DNA of 64,000 nt from Sedimenticolaceae bacterium (GCA_050287965.1 JBNKCX010000025.1:6233-70232); one strand, 5' to 3'. Positions 39,697 through 48,652 are shown, counted from the stretch's first letter. The notes: a model not told the origin generated them from the sequence alone. Numbers and translations: made by a program.

Positions 39697-39803
39697 GTTG
39701 TCAGTTTTCAGTTTTCAGTTGTCAGTTGGCACCCGGTTCGCGCTTAGAAGGTGCTCCTACGAGCGTTAACTGAAAACTGACAACTGAAAACTGACAACTG
39801 ATA
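39697..39803. repeat. Heptamer hairpin element: 5 units (GTTGTCA/GTTTTCA/GTTGGCA), 37-nt centre, 5 inverted units (ACTGAAA/ACTGACA/ACTGATA)
   Basis: Counted directly. It lies between the uvrC start (39683) and the udg-family stop (39805). The arms are about 30/35 complementary. Confidence 0.9.
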
Positions 39804-39804
39804 A

Positions 39805-40425
39805 CTACAACAACCCCCGTGCCCGAGCGAACACCGCCTGAAACATCTCAGCGGTGAGTCGTCTGGTCTGGGTGTTATAACGGCTGCAGTGGTAAGAATC
39901 GATGAGGCGTAGCCCCTCGGGCAAGAGGTGCAGACGGTCATGGCCGAAGGGGTACATCTTCTGGCGCAGCCCCTTGGCTTTGATGACGGCATTGTGGGCG
40001 ATGGAACCGAGGGCGAGAACCACCGCCGCCGGAGGCAGACTGTCGAGTTCCTTCTTCAGGAATCCGTTACAGGTATTGATCTCAACCCCTATCGGTTTGT
40101 TCTGAGGCGGCAGGCACTTCACCGCATTGGTAATCCGGCAATTCAAAAGACGCAGACCATCCGACGCCGACAGGGACTCCGGGGAGGAACCGAAACCGAA
40201 TCGGTAGAGGGTCTCGTACAGCAGGATACCGGCATAATCCCCGGTAAAGGGGCGTCCGGTGGCATTTGCGCCGTGCATCCCCGGGGCCAGCCCCACCACC
40301 AGCAGACGGGCATCAGGATCGCCAAAAGGGGCGACCGGACGGGCATGATAGTCAGGATAGGCCGTTTTTACTTCGTCGAGAAACGTGGCCAGGCGCGGGC
40401 ACGCGCGGCAGTCAGGATCGAACAC
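39805..40425 (-). CDS. Uracil-DNA glycosylase superfamily protein (family 4/5-like)
   Basis: 206 aa. Motif LLVVGLAPGMHGANATGRPFTGD and C-terminal HCSRYNTQT. Confidence 0.75.
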   Translation of the reverse strand: MFDPDCRACPRLATFLDEVKTAYPDYHARPVAPFGDPDARLLVVGLAPGMHGANATGRPFTGDYAGILLYETLYRFGFGSSPESLSASDGLRLLNCRITNAVKCLPPQNKPIGVEINTCNGFLKKELDSLPPAAVVLALGSIAHNAVIKAKGLRQKMYPFGHDRLHLLPEGLRLIDSYHCSRYNTQTRRLTAEMFQAVFARARGLL

Positions 40426-40433
40426 GGTACCGC

Positions 40434-41078
40434 TCAGGTCTGGAAATCCGCCAACCCGTGACGCACGGCCAGAAGGGTCAGTTCGGCATCGTTTTCCACG
40501 TCAAGCTTGTCATACAGGCGGTGACGATAGGTACTTATGGTCTTGGGACTGAGACAGAGAGAATCGGCTATTTCGCGGTTCTTCTGTCCCTGGATGATCA
40601 TCATCATGACCTGCATCTCCCGCTTCGAGAGAGAGGTAAACGGGGTATTGGTATCGGCGCCGCTCAGACGGGCGATGGTCAACTTCTGGGAGACCTCTCT
40701 CGAGACGAAAGGATTACCGTCGGCAACGGTCCGGATCGCCTCGAACAGCTCCCCTGCCGCGCAACCCTTGGTCAGGTAACCCTTGGCCCCCGCCTCGTGA
40801 AGCTGGGTGGGAAACGGATCATCCCCATGGACGGTAACGATGATGATCTGGATATCCGGATGACGGTGCCTGATCTTGCGGGTCGCCTCGATACCGCCTA
40901 TGCCTGGCATATTGATATCCATAAGCACCAGGTTGGGTTCCAGGGAGGAGATCTGTTCCAGCGCCTCTTCCCCGGTTTCAGCCTCACCCACTACCTGGAT
41001 GTCGGGCACGCCTTCCAACAGGCGCCGGAATCCGGTCCGGACCAGTTCATGGTCGTCAACAAGCATTACCTTGATCAT
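40434..41078 (-). CDS. uvrY: Two-component response regulator, NarL/FixJ class (UvrY/GacA orthologue)
   Basis: 214 aa. MIKVMLVDDHELVRTG...DINMPGIGGIEATRKI...LSPKTISTYRHRLYDKLDV...LTLLAVRHG closely parallels GacA/UvrY. It sits upstream of uvrC, as in enterics and pseudomonads. Confidence 0.85.
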   Translation of the reverse strand: MIKVMLVDDHELVRTGFRRLLEGVPDIQVVGEAETGEEALEQISSLEPNLVLMDINMPGIGGIEATRKIRHRHPDIQIIIVTVHGDDPFPTQLHEAGAKGYLTKGCAAGELFEAIRTVADGNPFVSREVSQKLTIARLSGADTNTPFTSLSKREMQVMMMIIQGQKNREIADSLCLSPKTISTYRHRLYDKLDVENDAELTLLAVRHGLADFQT

Positions 41079-41191
41079 GCCCCAATTGTCCCGCGGCTAC
41101 CGCCTTCCCCAACGGTATGGAATTGCCTGAGAATAACAGAGGAATCGGGCTGTAACAAACGGTGATTTGTCGGATCCGGCGCCGGTATGTC

Positions 41192-41241
41192 GTTGTCAGT
41201 TGTCAGTTAACAGTGGGCTGCGGGCAGTGTTGTCAGTTGCC
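41192..41241. repeat. Direct heptamer units (GTTGTCA x2, GTTAACA, then GTTGTCA, GTTGCCG after a 16-nt gap)
   Basis: Read directly. It lies between the uvrY start and the stop (41248) of the membrane-protein ORF. Confidence 0.8.
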
Positions 41242-41247
41242 GGAAAA

Positions 41248-41847
41248 TCAATCGACTGCGGGCCCGGGTTCCGGGACGTCGGTCTGTTCGGCAATGCCGG
41301 CAGGCACGGGATAGCTTTTCAGGATTCCGTCCGGGATCTCGCCCCTTCCGGCCTGGTAGATGGAACCCGACTCCAGCACGAAGTTGACCACCACCAGGAT
41401 GAAGGTGGGCATTATGCCGATGCGGGAGGAGATGGTCAGGAAGATATCCTGCATGGTCTTGTCGGCCCCCTGGGCCAGCAGCCAACCGCCGGCGATGATA
41501 ACAGCAGTGACCGCGTAAGCGATAAGGAGTAACTTGGCCCGCCGGAAAGCCAGCTTCCAATGGACCATCTCGAACCAGTGGCCGTTCTTTTGCGCCTGGT
41601 TGCCGCGGATATAGATAAAGGTGAAGACCGTGCTGGAAAAGAACAAAGGGATCAACAGCGCCGTGACATCCCGCATCAGAAAAATCGAGATCGGCGCGAG
41701 CATGAGGTGAAATACGGCCAGGTTGAACATGAAAAGCTCATGGGGAAATCTGGCCTTTGTTCTTATGGTTGGTTCAATCTCGAATAGCATCGTTATCCCC
41801 TGTGCGGACTCCGGCAGCATTAAGACCCGTCCGGGCGTGCCGGTCAA
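41248..41847 (-). CDS. Hypothetical integral membrane protein
   Basis: 199-aa ORF with about 4 hydrophobic helices and no recognisable motif. The start is uncertain (an internal Met lies at MLFEIEP). Confidence 0.4.
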   Translation of the reverse strand: MTGTPGRVLMLPESAQGITMLFEIEPTIRTKARFPHELFMFNLAVFHLMLAPISIFLMRDVTALLIPLFFSSTVFTFIYIRGNQAQKNGHWFEMVHWKLAFRRAKLLLIAYAVTAVIIAGGWLLAQGADKTMQDIFLTISSRIGIMPTFILVVVNFVLESGSIYQAGRGEIPDGILKSYPVPAGIAEQTDVPEPGPAVD

Positions 41848-41967
41848 GCCTGGGTTGAAGGGGAAAAGCTACCAAGTAACCCCCGGCGTCTCCATGACGA
41901 TACGCAATCGGAAAAATTGAACAGATTCCGCCGGCCTCCCCATGCCGCAGGCCGCAGAGAATGGAAT

Positions 41968-43692
41968 TCAGCGCACCTTGACCCGCAGCGCCTCTTCGCC
42001 GTTCTCGTCCATAAGATGAACGGCGCAGGCGATGCAGGGATCGAAACTATGGATGGTGCGCAGGATCTCAACCGGCTGATCCACATCCGCCAGAACATGA
42101 TTGTCCTGCAGCGCCGCTTCATAGGCCCCCGGCTGACCCGAGGGATCCCGGGGCCCGGCATTCCAGGTGCTCGGCACCACGGCCTGGTAATTGGCGATCT
42201 TGCCGTCTTCGATCACCACCCAATGGCCCAGGGCGCCACGCGGTGCTTCCATGAACCCCACACCCCTGGCCTCCGCGGGCCAGGTCGCCGGATCCCAAAG
42301 AGCCTCATTGAAGGTCTTGGTATCGCCGGCTTTGATATTGGTCACCAGTCCGTCATACCAGCCCTGCATGGCGTCCGCCAGTATCTTGGTCTCCAGGGTA
42401 CGGGCCGCAGTACGCCCTAAGGTTGAAAACAACGCACGCACCGGGATATCCAGATGCCTGAGGGTCATCTCCACCAGTTCCCGCGTCTGTTCATGGCCGG
42501 TGGCATGCAGCATCAATACCCGTGCAAGGGGCCCTACCTCCATCGCCTTACCCTTCCAGCGAGGGGCCTTGAGCCAGGAGTAGTCTTTATCCACGTCCAG
42601 ATGTTCATAGGGGGGTTCCGGCCCCGTATAGTTGAGGCTGGTTTCACCGTCATAGGGATGCAATCCCTGCTCCTTGTCGTCGGAGTATTCGTACCAGGAA
42701 TGTCCGATGAACTCCTGGATCTCCTCCGGATTGTTGATATCGATCGGGTGCACGGTGGAAATATCCCGATCAAGAATCACGCCGGAGGGGAATAAGTAAC
42801 CGGAAGGATCGTCCATATCCGTCGCCGGCAGATCACCGTAACAGAGAAAATTTCCCAACCCCTCTCCGCGCAGACCCCAGTCCTTGTAGAAGGAAGCGAT
42901 GGCCAGGGTATCCGGCAGGTAGACCTGATCGACGAACACACGCATCTGATCGATCACCTCCTGGACCTGCTGCAATCGCTTGGCGTTGATGGCCGAATCC
43001 GAATTCAGGTCGATGGCGGAAGCCACGCCCCCCACGAGAAAATTGGGATGGGGATTCTTACCGCCGAATATGGTGTGAAGCTTTACCACGTCCCGCTGCC
43101 AGGCTAATGCCTCCAGATAATGGGCTACCGCCATGAGGTTGGCTTCCGGCGGAAGCTTATAGGCCGGATGACCCCAATAGGCCTTGGCGAAGATCCCCAG
43201 TTGCCCGGTTTCCACAAACCCCTTCAACCGCTCTTTCATGTCCGAGAAATAACCGGCGGACGACTTGGGCCAATGTGGAGAAACCTGCTGCGCCAGTTCC
43301 GAGGTGGCCTTGGGATCGGCATCCAGGGCCGACACCACATCCACCCAGTCCAACGCATGCAGGTGATAGAAATGCATGACATGGTCGTGGATATACTGGG
43401 CCCCGATCATCAGATTGCGAATAAGCTGGGCGTTGGGCGGAATCTTATATCCCAGGGCGTTCTCCACCGCCCGCACCGAGGCGATTCCGTGCACCAGGGT
43501 GCAGACTCCGCAGATACGCTGGGCGTAGGCCCAGGCATCACGCGGATCCCGACCGCGCAGGATAATCTCGATACCCCGCACCATGGTGCCCGCCGAATAG
43601 GCCTGGGCGATCCTGTTCCCCTCCATCTGCGCTTCGATACGCAAATGCCCTTCGATACGTGTGACTGGATCAACAACGATTCGATCACTCAT
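41968..43692 (-). CDS. hynL: [NiFe] hydrogenase large subunit (group 1, Isp-type)
   Basis: 574 aa. N-terminal RIEGH and RICGVCTLVH (L2). C-terminal DPCIACAVH followed by a 15-aa cleavable extension. Confidence 0.95.
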   Translation of the reverse strand: MSDRIVVDPVTRIEGHLRIEAQMEGNRIAQAYSAGTMVRGIEIILRGRDPRDAWAYAQRICGVCTLVHGIASVRAVENALGYKIPPNAQLIRNLMIGAQYIHDHVMHFYHLHALDWVDVVSALDADPKATSELAQQVSPHWPKSSAGYFSDMKERLKGFVETGQLGIFAKAYWGHPAYKLPPEANLMAVAHYLEALAWQRDVVKLHTIFGGKNPHPNFLVGGVASAIDLNSDSAINAKRLQQVQEVIDQMRVFVDQVYLPDTLAIASFYKDWGLRGEGLGNFLCYGDLPATDMDDPSGYLFPSGVILDRDISTVHPIDINNPEEIQEFIGHSWYEYSDDKEQGLHPYDGETSLNYTGPEPPYEHLDVDKDYSWLKAPRWKGKAMEVGPLARVLMLHATGHEQTRELVEMTLRHLDIPVRALFSTLGRTAARTLETKILADAMQGWYDGLVTNIKAGDTKTFNEALWDPATWPAEARGVGFMEAPRGALGHWVVIEDGKIANYQAVVPSTWNAGPRDPSGQPGAYEAALQDNHVLADVDQPVEILRTIHSFDPCIACAVHLMDENGEEALRVKVR

Positions 43693-43708
43693 TATTTTTT
43701 ATCCCGAT

Positions 43709-44167
43709 TCAGGAACCCAAAAATTCATTCAGGATGGCGTACTGCCGGTCGTTTTCAGATAGCGAATTCCCGCTGTCAACCTCGGCGGCGACCATACAGG
43801 TACGCGCCATACGGCTGCTCATGGCCGCCTGCCATGCCGGACCCGCTCCAAAGGACTTTTTCTGAGGTGCCAGGCAGGCGGCCGCCGCCCGGGCCACGAA
43901 ATAGCTGGCCTGTTCCGCCCAGGAACAATCCGCTCCGCAGCGGGCATGTTTATCCAGCCACACCTTGTTGGCGACCTTATAGGCCGCATCCAGTTCGTCC
44001 TCGGAGGCATCCCCGGTAACCGCCACCTGCACCGCGCGTTTCAACCGCTCATCGCTGCAAAGTTCGACCACGTCCATGACAAACAACGCGCCTGCCTGCC
44101 GTTGCCGATCCAGATCAAGACCCTCCAGCGCCTGCCTCATTTCATGGTCATTCGTTACGGTAGCCAT
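43709..44167 (-). CDS. Hypothetical protein encoded inside the hydrogenase structural operon
   Basis: 152-aa ORF. Its ATG overlaps the isp2 TGA by 1 nt (TGATG), and it ends 16 nt before the hynL ATG. No motif was recognised. Confidence 0.55.
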   Translation of the reverse strand: MATVTNDHEMRQALEGLDLDRQRQAGALFVMDVVELCSDERLKRAVQVAVTGDASEDELDAAYKVANKVWLDKHARCGADCSWAEQASYFVARAAAACLAPQKKSFGAGPAWQAAMSSRMARTCMVAAEVDSGNSLSENDRQYAILNEFLGS

Positions 44168-45441
44168 CAGGAATCCTCTCCTTTCTCAACCAGGTGTTCA
44201 GCCAGCAACTCGGTCAATCCCAGTACCGGCAACTCCATCTTGTTCAGCTCCAATCCCTCTTCCAGGGTGATGCGGCAATTGGCACAGGCGGTAACCACCA
44301 GGTCCACGTTGAGTTCATCCAGCTGGCGTTTCTTGCGCCGGAAGGCGGTGAACTTGATCTCCTCCGCCCGCTCGTTGGCACTCACCCCGCCACCACCGCT
44401 GCAGCACCAGTTCATCGCCCCATGGTCCCGCATTTCCACAAAATTGGCGGCAACCGCGTGCAGAAGATTGCGCGGCTGCTCCACCACCCCGCCGCGACGG
44501 GCAATCTGGCAGGGATCATGGTAAGTGAGCCGCGCCTGCTCCAGACCCTCGGTGCGGAGTTTTCCCTGCCGACGCAGTTCATCCAGTATTTCCAGGATAT
44601 GCCGCACCTTGAATCCAAAAGGGCGCCCCATCAGATTCGGCCCCTCGAAACGTATCGCCATATAGGCGTGTCCGCACTCCGGACTCACCACCGTCTGCAC
44701 GTTCAACTCTTCCGCCGCAAGCACCACGCGACTGACCAGTTCCCGCGCCAGATCGGAAACCCCGATCTGAATGCCGCTGTTGGTGGCTTCGAACGCCTTG
44801 CTGGAGATGGTCCAGCTCTTGCCCGCCTGTTTGAATATGCGTGCGATGGCCTCCAGGTACTCGGGAAAATTCATGATCTCCATGGAGGACAGAAGCACCA
44901 TGAACTCAACGTCCGGGCGGTCCAGGGGGATCTCCAGCCCGGTATCCTGCTGCACGTGACTGATCTGGGCCTCCAGGGCGGGCAACCTGACCCCCATGGG
45001 ACTGCCGACAGTGATGGAACGGGTGACCGCGCCCACCAGGCCCTCGGGCGCATGCCCGGCGGCGGCAAAACCCTCCCGGATCTTACGGATCATGCCGGTG
45101 ATGTCGTTACCCACCGGGCACGCCAGGGAACAGCGGCCGCACATGGAACAGCCGTCGTATACCAGGGTCTCCCATGCGCTGAAATCCTCCTCCGTAACCG
45201 GCTCCGACCATCCGACCAGCGATTTGAGCTTGCCCCAGAGGGTGTATTCCTGCTCCCAGACCCGGCGCATCAATTCCACCTTGTGGATGGGCGTATACCT
45301 CGGGTCCCCGCTTTCGGTAAAGAACAGGCAGGCCTCGGCGCAGAGGCCGCAATGCACGCAGGCGCTGAAAAAACTGGCTACCGGCGCATCAATCTGCTCC
45401 TTTATAAAGCGAACACCCTTTTCGACTGTCGCGGCGCTCAT
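44167..45441 (-). CDS. isp2: Isp2, HdrD/DsrK-like Fe-S protein of the Isp hydrogenase
   Basis: 424 aa. Ferredoxin-type CVHCGLCAEAC and CSMCGRCSLACP motifs, plus CCG-domain motifs (PECGHAY, NWCCSGGGG, CANCR). Confidence 0.85.
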   Translation of the reverse strand: MSAATVEKGVRFIKEQIDAPVASFFSACVHCGLCAEACLFFTESGDPRYTPIHKVELMRRVWEQEYTLWGKLKSLVGWSEPVTEEDFSAWETLVYDGCSMCGRCSLACPVGNDITGMIRKIREGFAAAGHAPEGLVGAVTRSITVGSPMGVRLPALEAQISHVQQDTGLEIPLDRPDVEFMVLLSSMEIMNFPEYLEAIARIFKQAGKSWTISSKAFEATNSGIQIGVSDLARELVSRVVLAAEELNVQTVVSPECGHAYMAIRFEGPNLMGRPFGFKVRHILEILDELRRQGKLRTEGLEQARLTYHDPCQIARRGGVVEQPRNLLHAVAANFVEMRDHGAMNWCCSGGGGVSANERAEEIKFTAFRRKKRQLDELNVDLVVTACANCRITLEEGLELNKMELPVLGLTELLAEHLVEKGEDS

Positions 45442-46097
45442 GATTCCACCCCTCTATGACCCGCACGGTAACCCTGATACCAGCGGGCCAGAACAAAACT
45501 GAGCATGTGGGTCAACTTGCTGAACGGGGCTACCACCAACAGGACCTCCACACTGAGAATATGCAGTGCCAACATCAGCGTATACGGCAGCAGCAGGTGG
45601 TTGTACGCAAGATAACCGGTTACCAGCGGCAGCAAGGTAACGGTCCAGGCCAGATAATCTCCCGCCGTACTGAGAAACCGCATCACCGGGTGTCCCAGGC
45701 GAAAGGCCAGCGCTCCCGCCATGGACAGGATGGTGACCGCGGTCAGCGCGTCGATCACCCCGGCAGGCAGCCCCGGCCAACTGAGACCGGTAAGATTCTC
45801 GATCAGCACAATATGAGGAACATGAAAAAAGATCACCGCCAATAGGCCGATATGCATCACATAGCCGTTGGCGATACGCAGGGGCGCCACTTCGAACAGT
45901 TCCCGGCGGGGAAAACTGCGCGACCACAGGGTACGAAACCCGCCTTTCAGGGCGCTGCCCCGTTGTTCCGACAAATCCGGCGCGTTGCCCAGGCTGATGA
46001 TCTCAAACAGGCGCACCAGCATCCCGAACACGAATATCAACAGGGCGATATTCAGGCCCGGCCCGCGAACCCAAATCAGCAGTTCATTGGCGCTCAT
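45438..46097 (-). CDS. isp1: Isp1, NarI/DsrM-like membrane di-haem cytochrome b
   Basis: 219 aa with 5 TM helices and conserved His residues in the helices. It sits between hynS and isp2 with 4-nt overlaps on both sides. Confidence 0.8.
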   Translation of the reverse strand: MSANELLIWVRGPGLNIALLIFVFGMLVRLFEIISLGNAPDLSEQRGSALKGGFRTLWSRSFPRRELFEVAPLRIANGYVMHIGLLAVIFFHVPHIVLIENLTGLSWPGLPAGVIDALTAVTILSMAGALAFRLGHPVMRFLSTAGDYLAWTVTLLPLVTGYLAYNHLLLPYTLMLALHILSVEVLLVVAPFSKLTHMLSFVLARWYQGYRAGHRGVES

Positions 46098-47191
46098 TCA
46101 TCGGACTCCTTGGTCAGATCATCGGTGGTTAGAGTTTCGTGAGCCGCCTTGCAGGCCGCCTTGCTGCCGCGGTTACGCGCCCCCATCAAGGCGCCTGCCG
46201 CGACCCCTGCCACCGCTGCGGTAAAGAGCGTGCCGCTGGCGTTGCCGGTGGGTTCGGAAAGGGCCTCATAGAATCCGCCCGCATCCCAGAAATCCGGCTC
46301 CGAACAGCCGAGACAGCCGTGGCCCGACTCGATTGGAAAACTGGTACCCTGATTCCACTTCGCCGTGGCGCAGGCATTGTAGGTGGTCGGTCCCTTGCAA
46401 CCCAGTTTGAACAGACACCATCCGGCCCGAGCCCCCTCATCATCGAAGGTCTCGGCAAACTCCCCCCGCTCATAGAACGGACGCCGGTAACAGCGATCAT
46501 GAATACTGGTGCCGTAAAACACCTTGGGCCGGCGCAGATCGTCCAGTTCCGGCAGGGAGCCGAAGGTGAGAAAGTGGGCCAGTACACCGGTGATCACCAC
46601 GGGGATAGGCGGACATCCCGGCACGTTGATCAGCGGCTTGTCCGTCACGATATCCGCAACCGGCACCGCGCCGGTGGGATTTGGATCCGCGTGGGGGATA
46701 CCGCCAAAGGCGGCGCAACTGCCGACGGCGATGACCGCCGCCGCAGCGGCCGCCGTTTCCTGCAACATATCCAGGTTGCTTCTGCCGGCGATGGTGGAAT
46801 AACCCGGATTATCCAGCGGGACGGAACCGTCCACCACCAGCAGATAGTTCCCGCTGTTTTCCCGCATGGCCGCTTCCCGCGCAGCTTCCGCCCGCTCCCC
46901 CGAAGCGGCTTGAAGGGTATGGTGATAATCGAGGGAGATATGATCGAGAATCAGGTTCTCCACCGTGGGCGTATGGCTGCGGGTAAGGGATTCGGTACAA
47001 CCGGTGCACTCCTGGAAAGACAACCAGATCACGGACGGCCGCCGGGCGCGTTCCAACGCTTCGGCTATCTTCGGTACCAGGGCGGGAGAGAGCGCCATCA
47101 ATGAAGCGGTGGCGGTACAGAACTTCATGAACCCGCGTCGACTTATCCCCTGTCGCCGCAGAACATCACCCAACGTAATGTAATCAGCCAT
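46094..47191 (-). CDS. hynS: [NiFe] hydrogenase small subunit with Tat signal
   Basis: 365 aa. Tat motif SRRGFMKF and motif VIWLSFQECTGCTESL. Confidence 0.95.
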   Translation of the reverse strand: MADYITLGDVLRRQGISRRGFMKFCTATASLMALSPALVPKIAEALERARRPSVIWLSFQECTGCTESLTRSHTPTVENLILDHISLDYHHTLQAASGERAEAAREAAMRENSGNYLLVVDGSVPLDNPGYSTIAGRSNLDMLQETAAAAAAVIAVGSCAAFGGIPHADPNPTGAVPVADIVTDKPLINVPGCPPIPVVITGVLAHFLTFGSLPELDDLRRPKVFYGTSIHDRCYRRPFYERGEFAETFDDEGARAGWCLFKLGCKGPTTYNACATAKWNQGTSFPIESGHGCLGCSEPDFWDAGGFYEALSEPTGNASGTLFTAAVAGVAAGALMGARNRGSKAACKAAHETLTTDDLTKESDE

Positions 47192-47235
47192 TGCCTATCC
47201 TCCGGGATTTCCGGCCGTCTCTGTCCAGCCGCGCA

Positions 47236-47607
47236 CTACTCCATCGTGCGTAATTCCTGCTCCAACCTTCCCAGACCCTGGTCCACATCCACCCGTTGGG
47301 ACCGAAGTATCCGCGGGATCTCCGTGATTTCTATCTGCAGGGCGATACGTTGATCGTCGGGATTGTAATGATCGACAATCCAGACACCGGGAAATTCGCT
47401 TTCGCAGATACGGGTCTTCCCCAGGGCGTCCATCCGAACGGTCACTTCGCCCTCGCCCAGGAAGGCCAGCAGCCGCTCCTCCTCTCCGGGAGCGAACGGC
47501 AACGCCCGCAGATCAATGGTCGTCTCCCGTTTCTGTTCCATAAGCAGCAGAAGGGCGTGACGGATCTGATGAAGCACCGGCAGGGTGGTTTCGTTGGACA
47601 GTGTCAT
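47236..47607 (-). CDS. Hydrogenase expression/formation accessory protein (HupH/HyaF C-terminal-domain-like, tentative)
   Basis: 123 aa. Assigned from position (between the maturation protease and hynS) and general resemblance. No diagnostic motif was verified. Confidence 0.4.
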   Translation of the reverse strand: MTLSNETTLPVLHQIRHALLLLMEQKRETTIDLRALPFAPGEEERLLAFLGEGEVTVRMDALGKTRICESEFPGVWIVDHYNPDDQRIALQIEITEIPRILRSQRVDVDQGLGRLEQELRTME

Positions 47608-47700
47608 CTCCTCGCTTTGTCCGGCGGTTTCGCCAACACAGGACTTGTTGTTTTTATTTTGCCTGTTAACCCCTAAATCTAGCCTAATTTGAGAGACTAT

Positions 47701-48204
47701 CTACCCGGTGGACACAGGGGATAATTCCCGGTTCCAGCCTTCAATAAGGTCCTGCACAAGGCGGACCGCTTCCGGTAATGCTTTAGCTACCGGCTCGCTC
47801 AATACCTCACCCCAGTCGATTCTCGACGGTTGGATACAGATCAGTGCCCGACGCCGGGGAAAGCTGTCAGTGAGACGGGCGATATCCAGAAGGTCACGAA
47901 GTCCTACCTCGTGCACACTCTGGCGCGCCCGGGAAAGGAATCGATCCATCTCATCGCCTTCGTAAAGGCCTACCGTACCCGGCGGTGACCTGGTGTCCGC
48001 CGCATCCACGACGATCAACCTGTCATGGGCCGCCAACTCCTCGGCGAGACTGAAACTGAGGGTACCGCCATCCAGACAACGCACATCGCTCCGGTGGCCG
48101 GTTTCGGTCTGCATGCGACGGATCAAATGCACTCCCACACCCTCATCACGCAACAGGATATTGCCGATGCCGAGTACCAGAGTATTGGCGTTGGTCGGTT
48201 TCAA
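47701..48204 (-). CDS. hynD: Hydrogenase maturation endopeptidase (HyaD/HybD family)
   Basis: 167 aa. N-terminal LVLGIGNILLRDEGVGVH and internal LIVVDA motifs. Confidence 0.85.
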   Translation of the reverse strand: MKPTNANTLVLGIGNILLRDEGVGVHLIRRMQTETGHRSDVRCLDGGTLSFSLAEELAAHDRLIVVDAADTRSPPGTVGLYEGDEMDRFLSRARQSVHEVGLRDLLDIARLTDSFPRRRALICIQPSRIDWGEVLSEPVAKALPEAVRLVQDLIEGWNRELSPVSTG

Positions 48205-48409
48205 ATCAGGGGACCTCTGATCAAGACCGTGCCGGCCGTATCGCTATGGCCTGCGCACCGCGCGTTGCGATCATCGCCATCGTGGTCACAAACTCGGCTC
48301 ATCAGCGACATAATCTAAGAAGCTCCATAGCCCTGGAATCAGAAAGCTTTTTGTATTGTCAAACTCGAGTATAGTTACTGTAAGCCTTACCAGACGGAAG
48401 CAATGGATT

Positions 48410-48652
48410 ATGTGCCTGGGTATCCCCATGCAAATCATCGAGATCGACGGTTATAACGCCCGCTGCTCGGCGAAGGGCGTGGAACGGGACGTCAGTCTCT
48501 TCATGCTTCAGGATGAAGATCTCAAGGTCGATGACTTCGTGGTGGTTCATGTGGGCTACGCCATCCAGAAGATGACGCCGCAGGAGGCCCGGACTACCTG
48601 GGAGCTGTATGACCAGATGCTTGCCGCCGAGTCCGAAGAATCCGATGCATGA
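48410..48652 (+). CDS. hypC: Hydrogenase assembly chaperone HypC
   Basis: The start was moved to the ATG at 48410, giving the obligatory N-terminus MCLGIPMQI. 80 aa. Confidence 0.9.
   Translation: MCLGIPMQIIEIDGYNARCSAKGVERDVSLFMLQDEDLKVDDFVVVHVGYAIQKMTPQEARTTWELYDQMLAAESEESDA

Noticed and set aside
38154-39773. 539-aa plus-strand ORF.
   Set aside because: It lies entirely antisense to uvrC, which has unambiguous GIY-YIG/UVR/HhH motifs. Its low-complexity, Arg/Gly/Pro/Leu/Gln-rich translation is typical of shadow ORFs in GC-rich DNA.
41968-43692. Possibility of a [NiFeSe] (selenocysteine) large subunit.
   Set aside because: The C-terminal motif reads DPCIACAVH with Cys codons and there is no in-frame TGA, so this is an ordinary [NiFe] enzyme.
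44194-45459. 421-aa plus-strand ORF.
   Set aside because: It is antisense to isp2 (clear Fe-S and CCG motifs), has no motifs of its own and has shadow-ORF composition.
46139-47104. 321-aa plus-strand ORF.
   Set aside because: It is antisense to the Tat-signal hydrogenase small subunit. The same reasoning applies to 43120-44019, which is antisense to hynL and orf152.
48205-48409. Sigma-54 promoter in the hynD/hypC divergent region (TGGAATCAGAAAGC).
   Set aside because: The GG-to-GC spacing is one base short of the -24/-12 consensus and the TTGC element is absent. This is not convincing without a PWM score.
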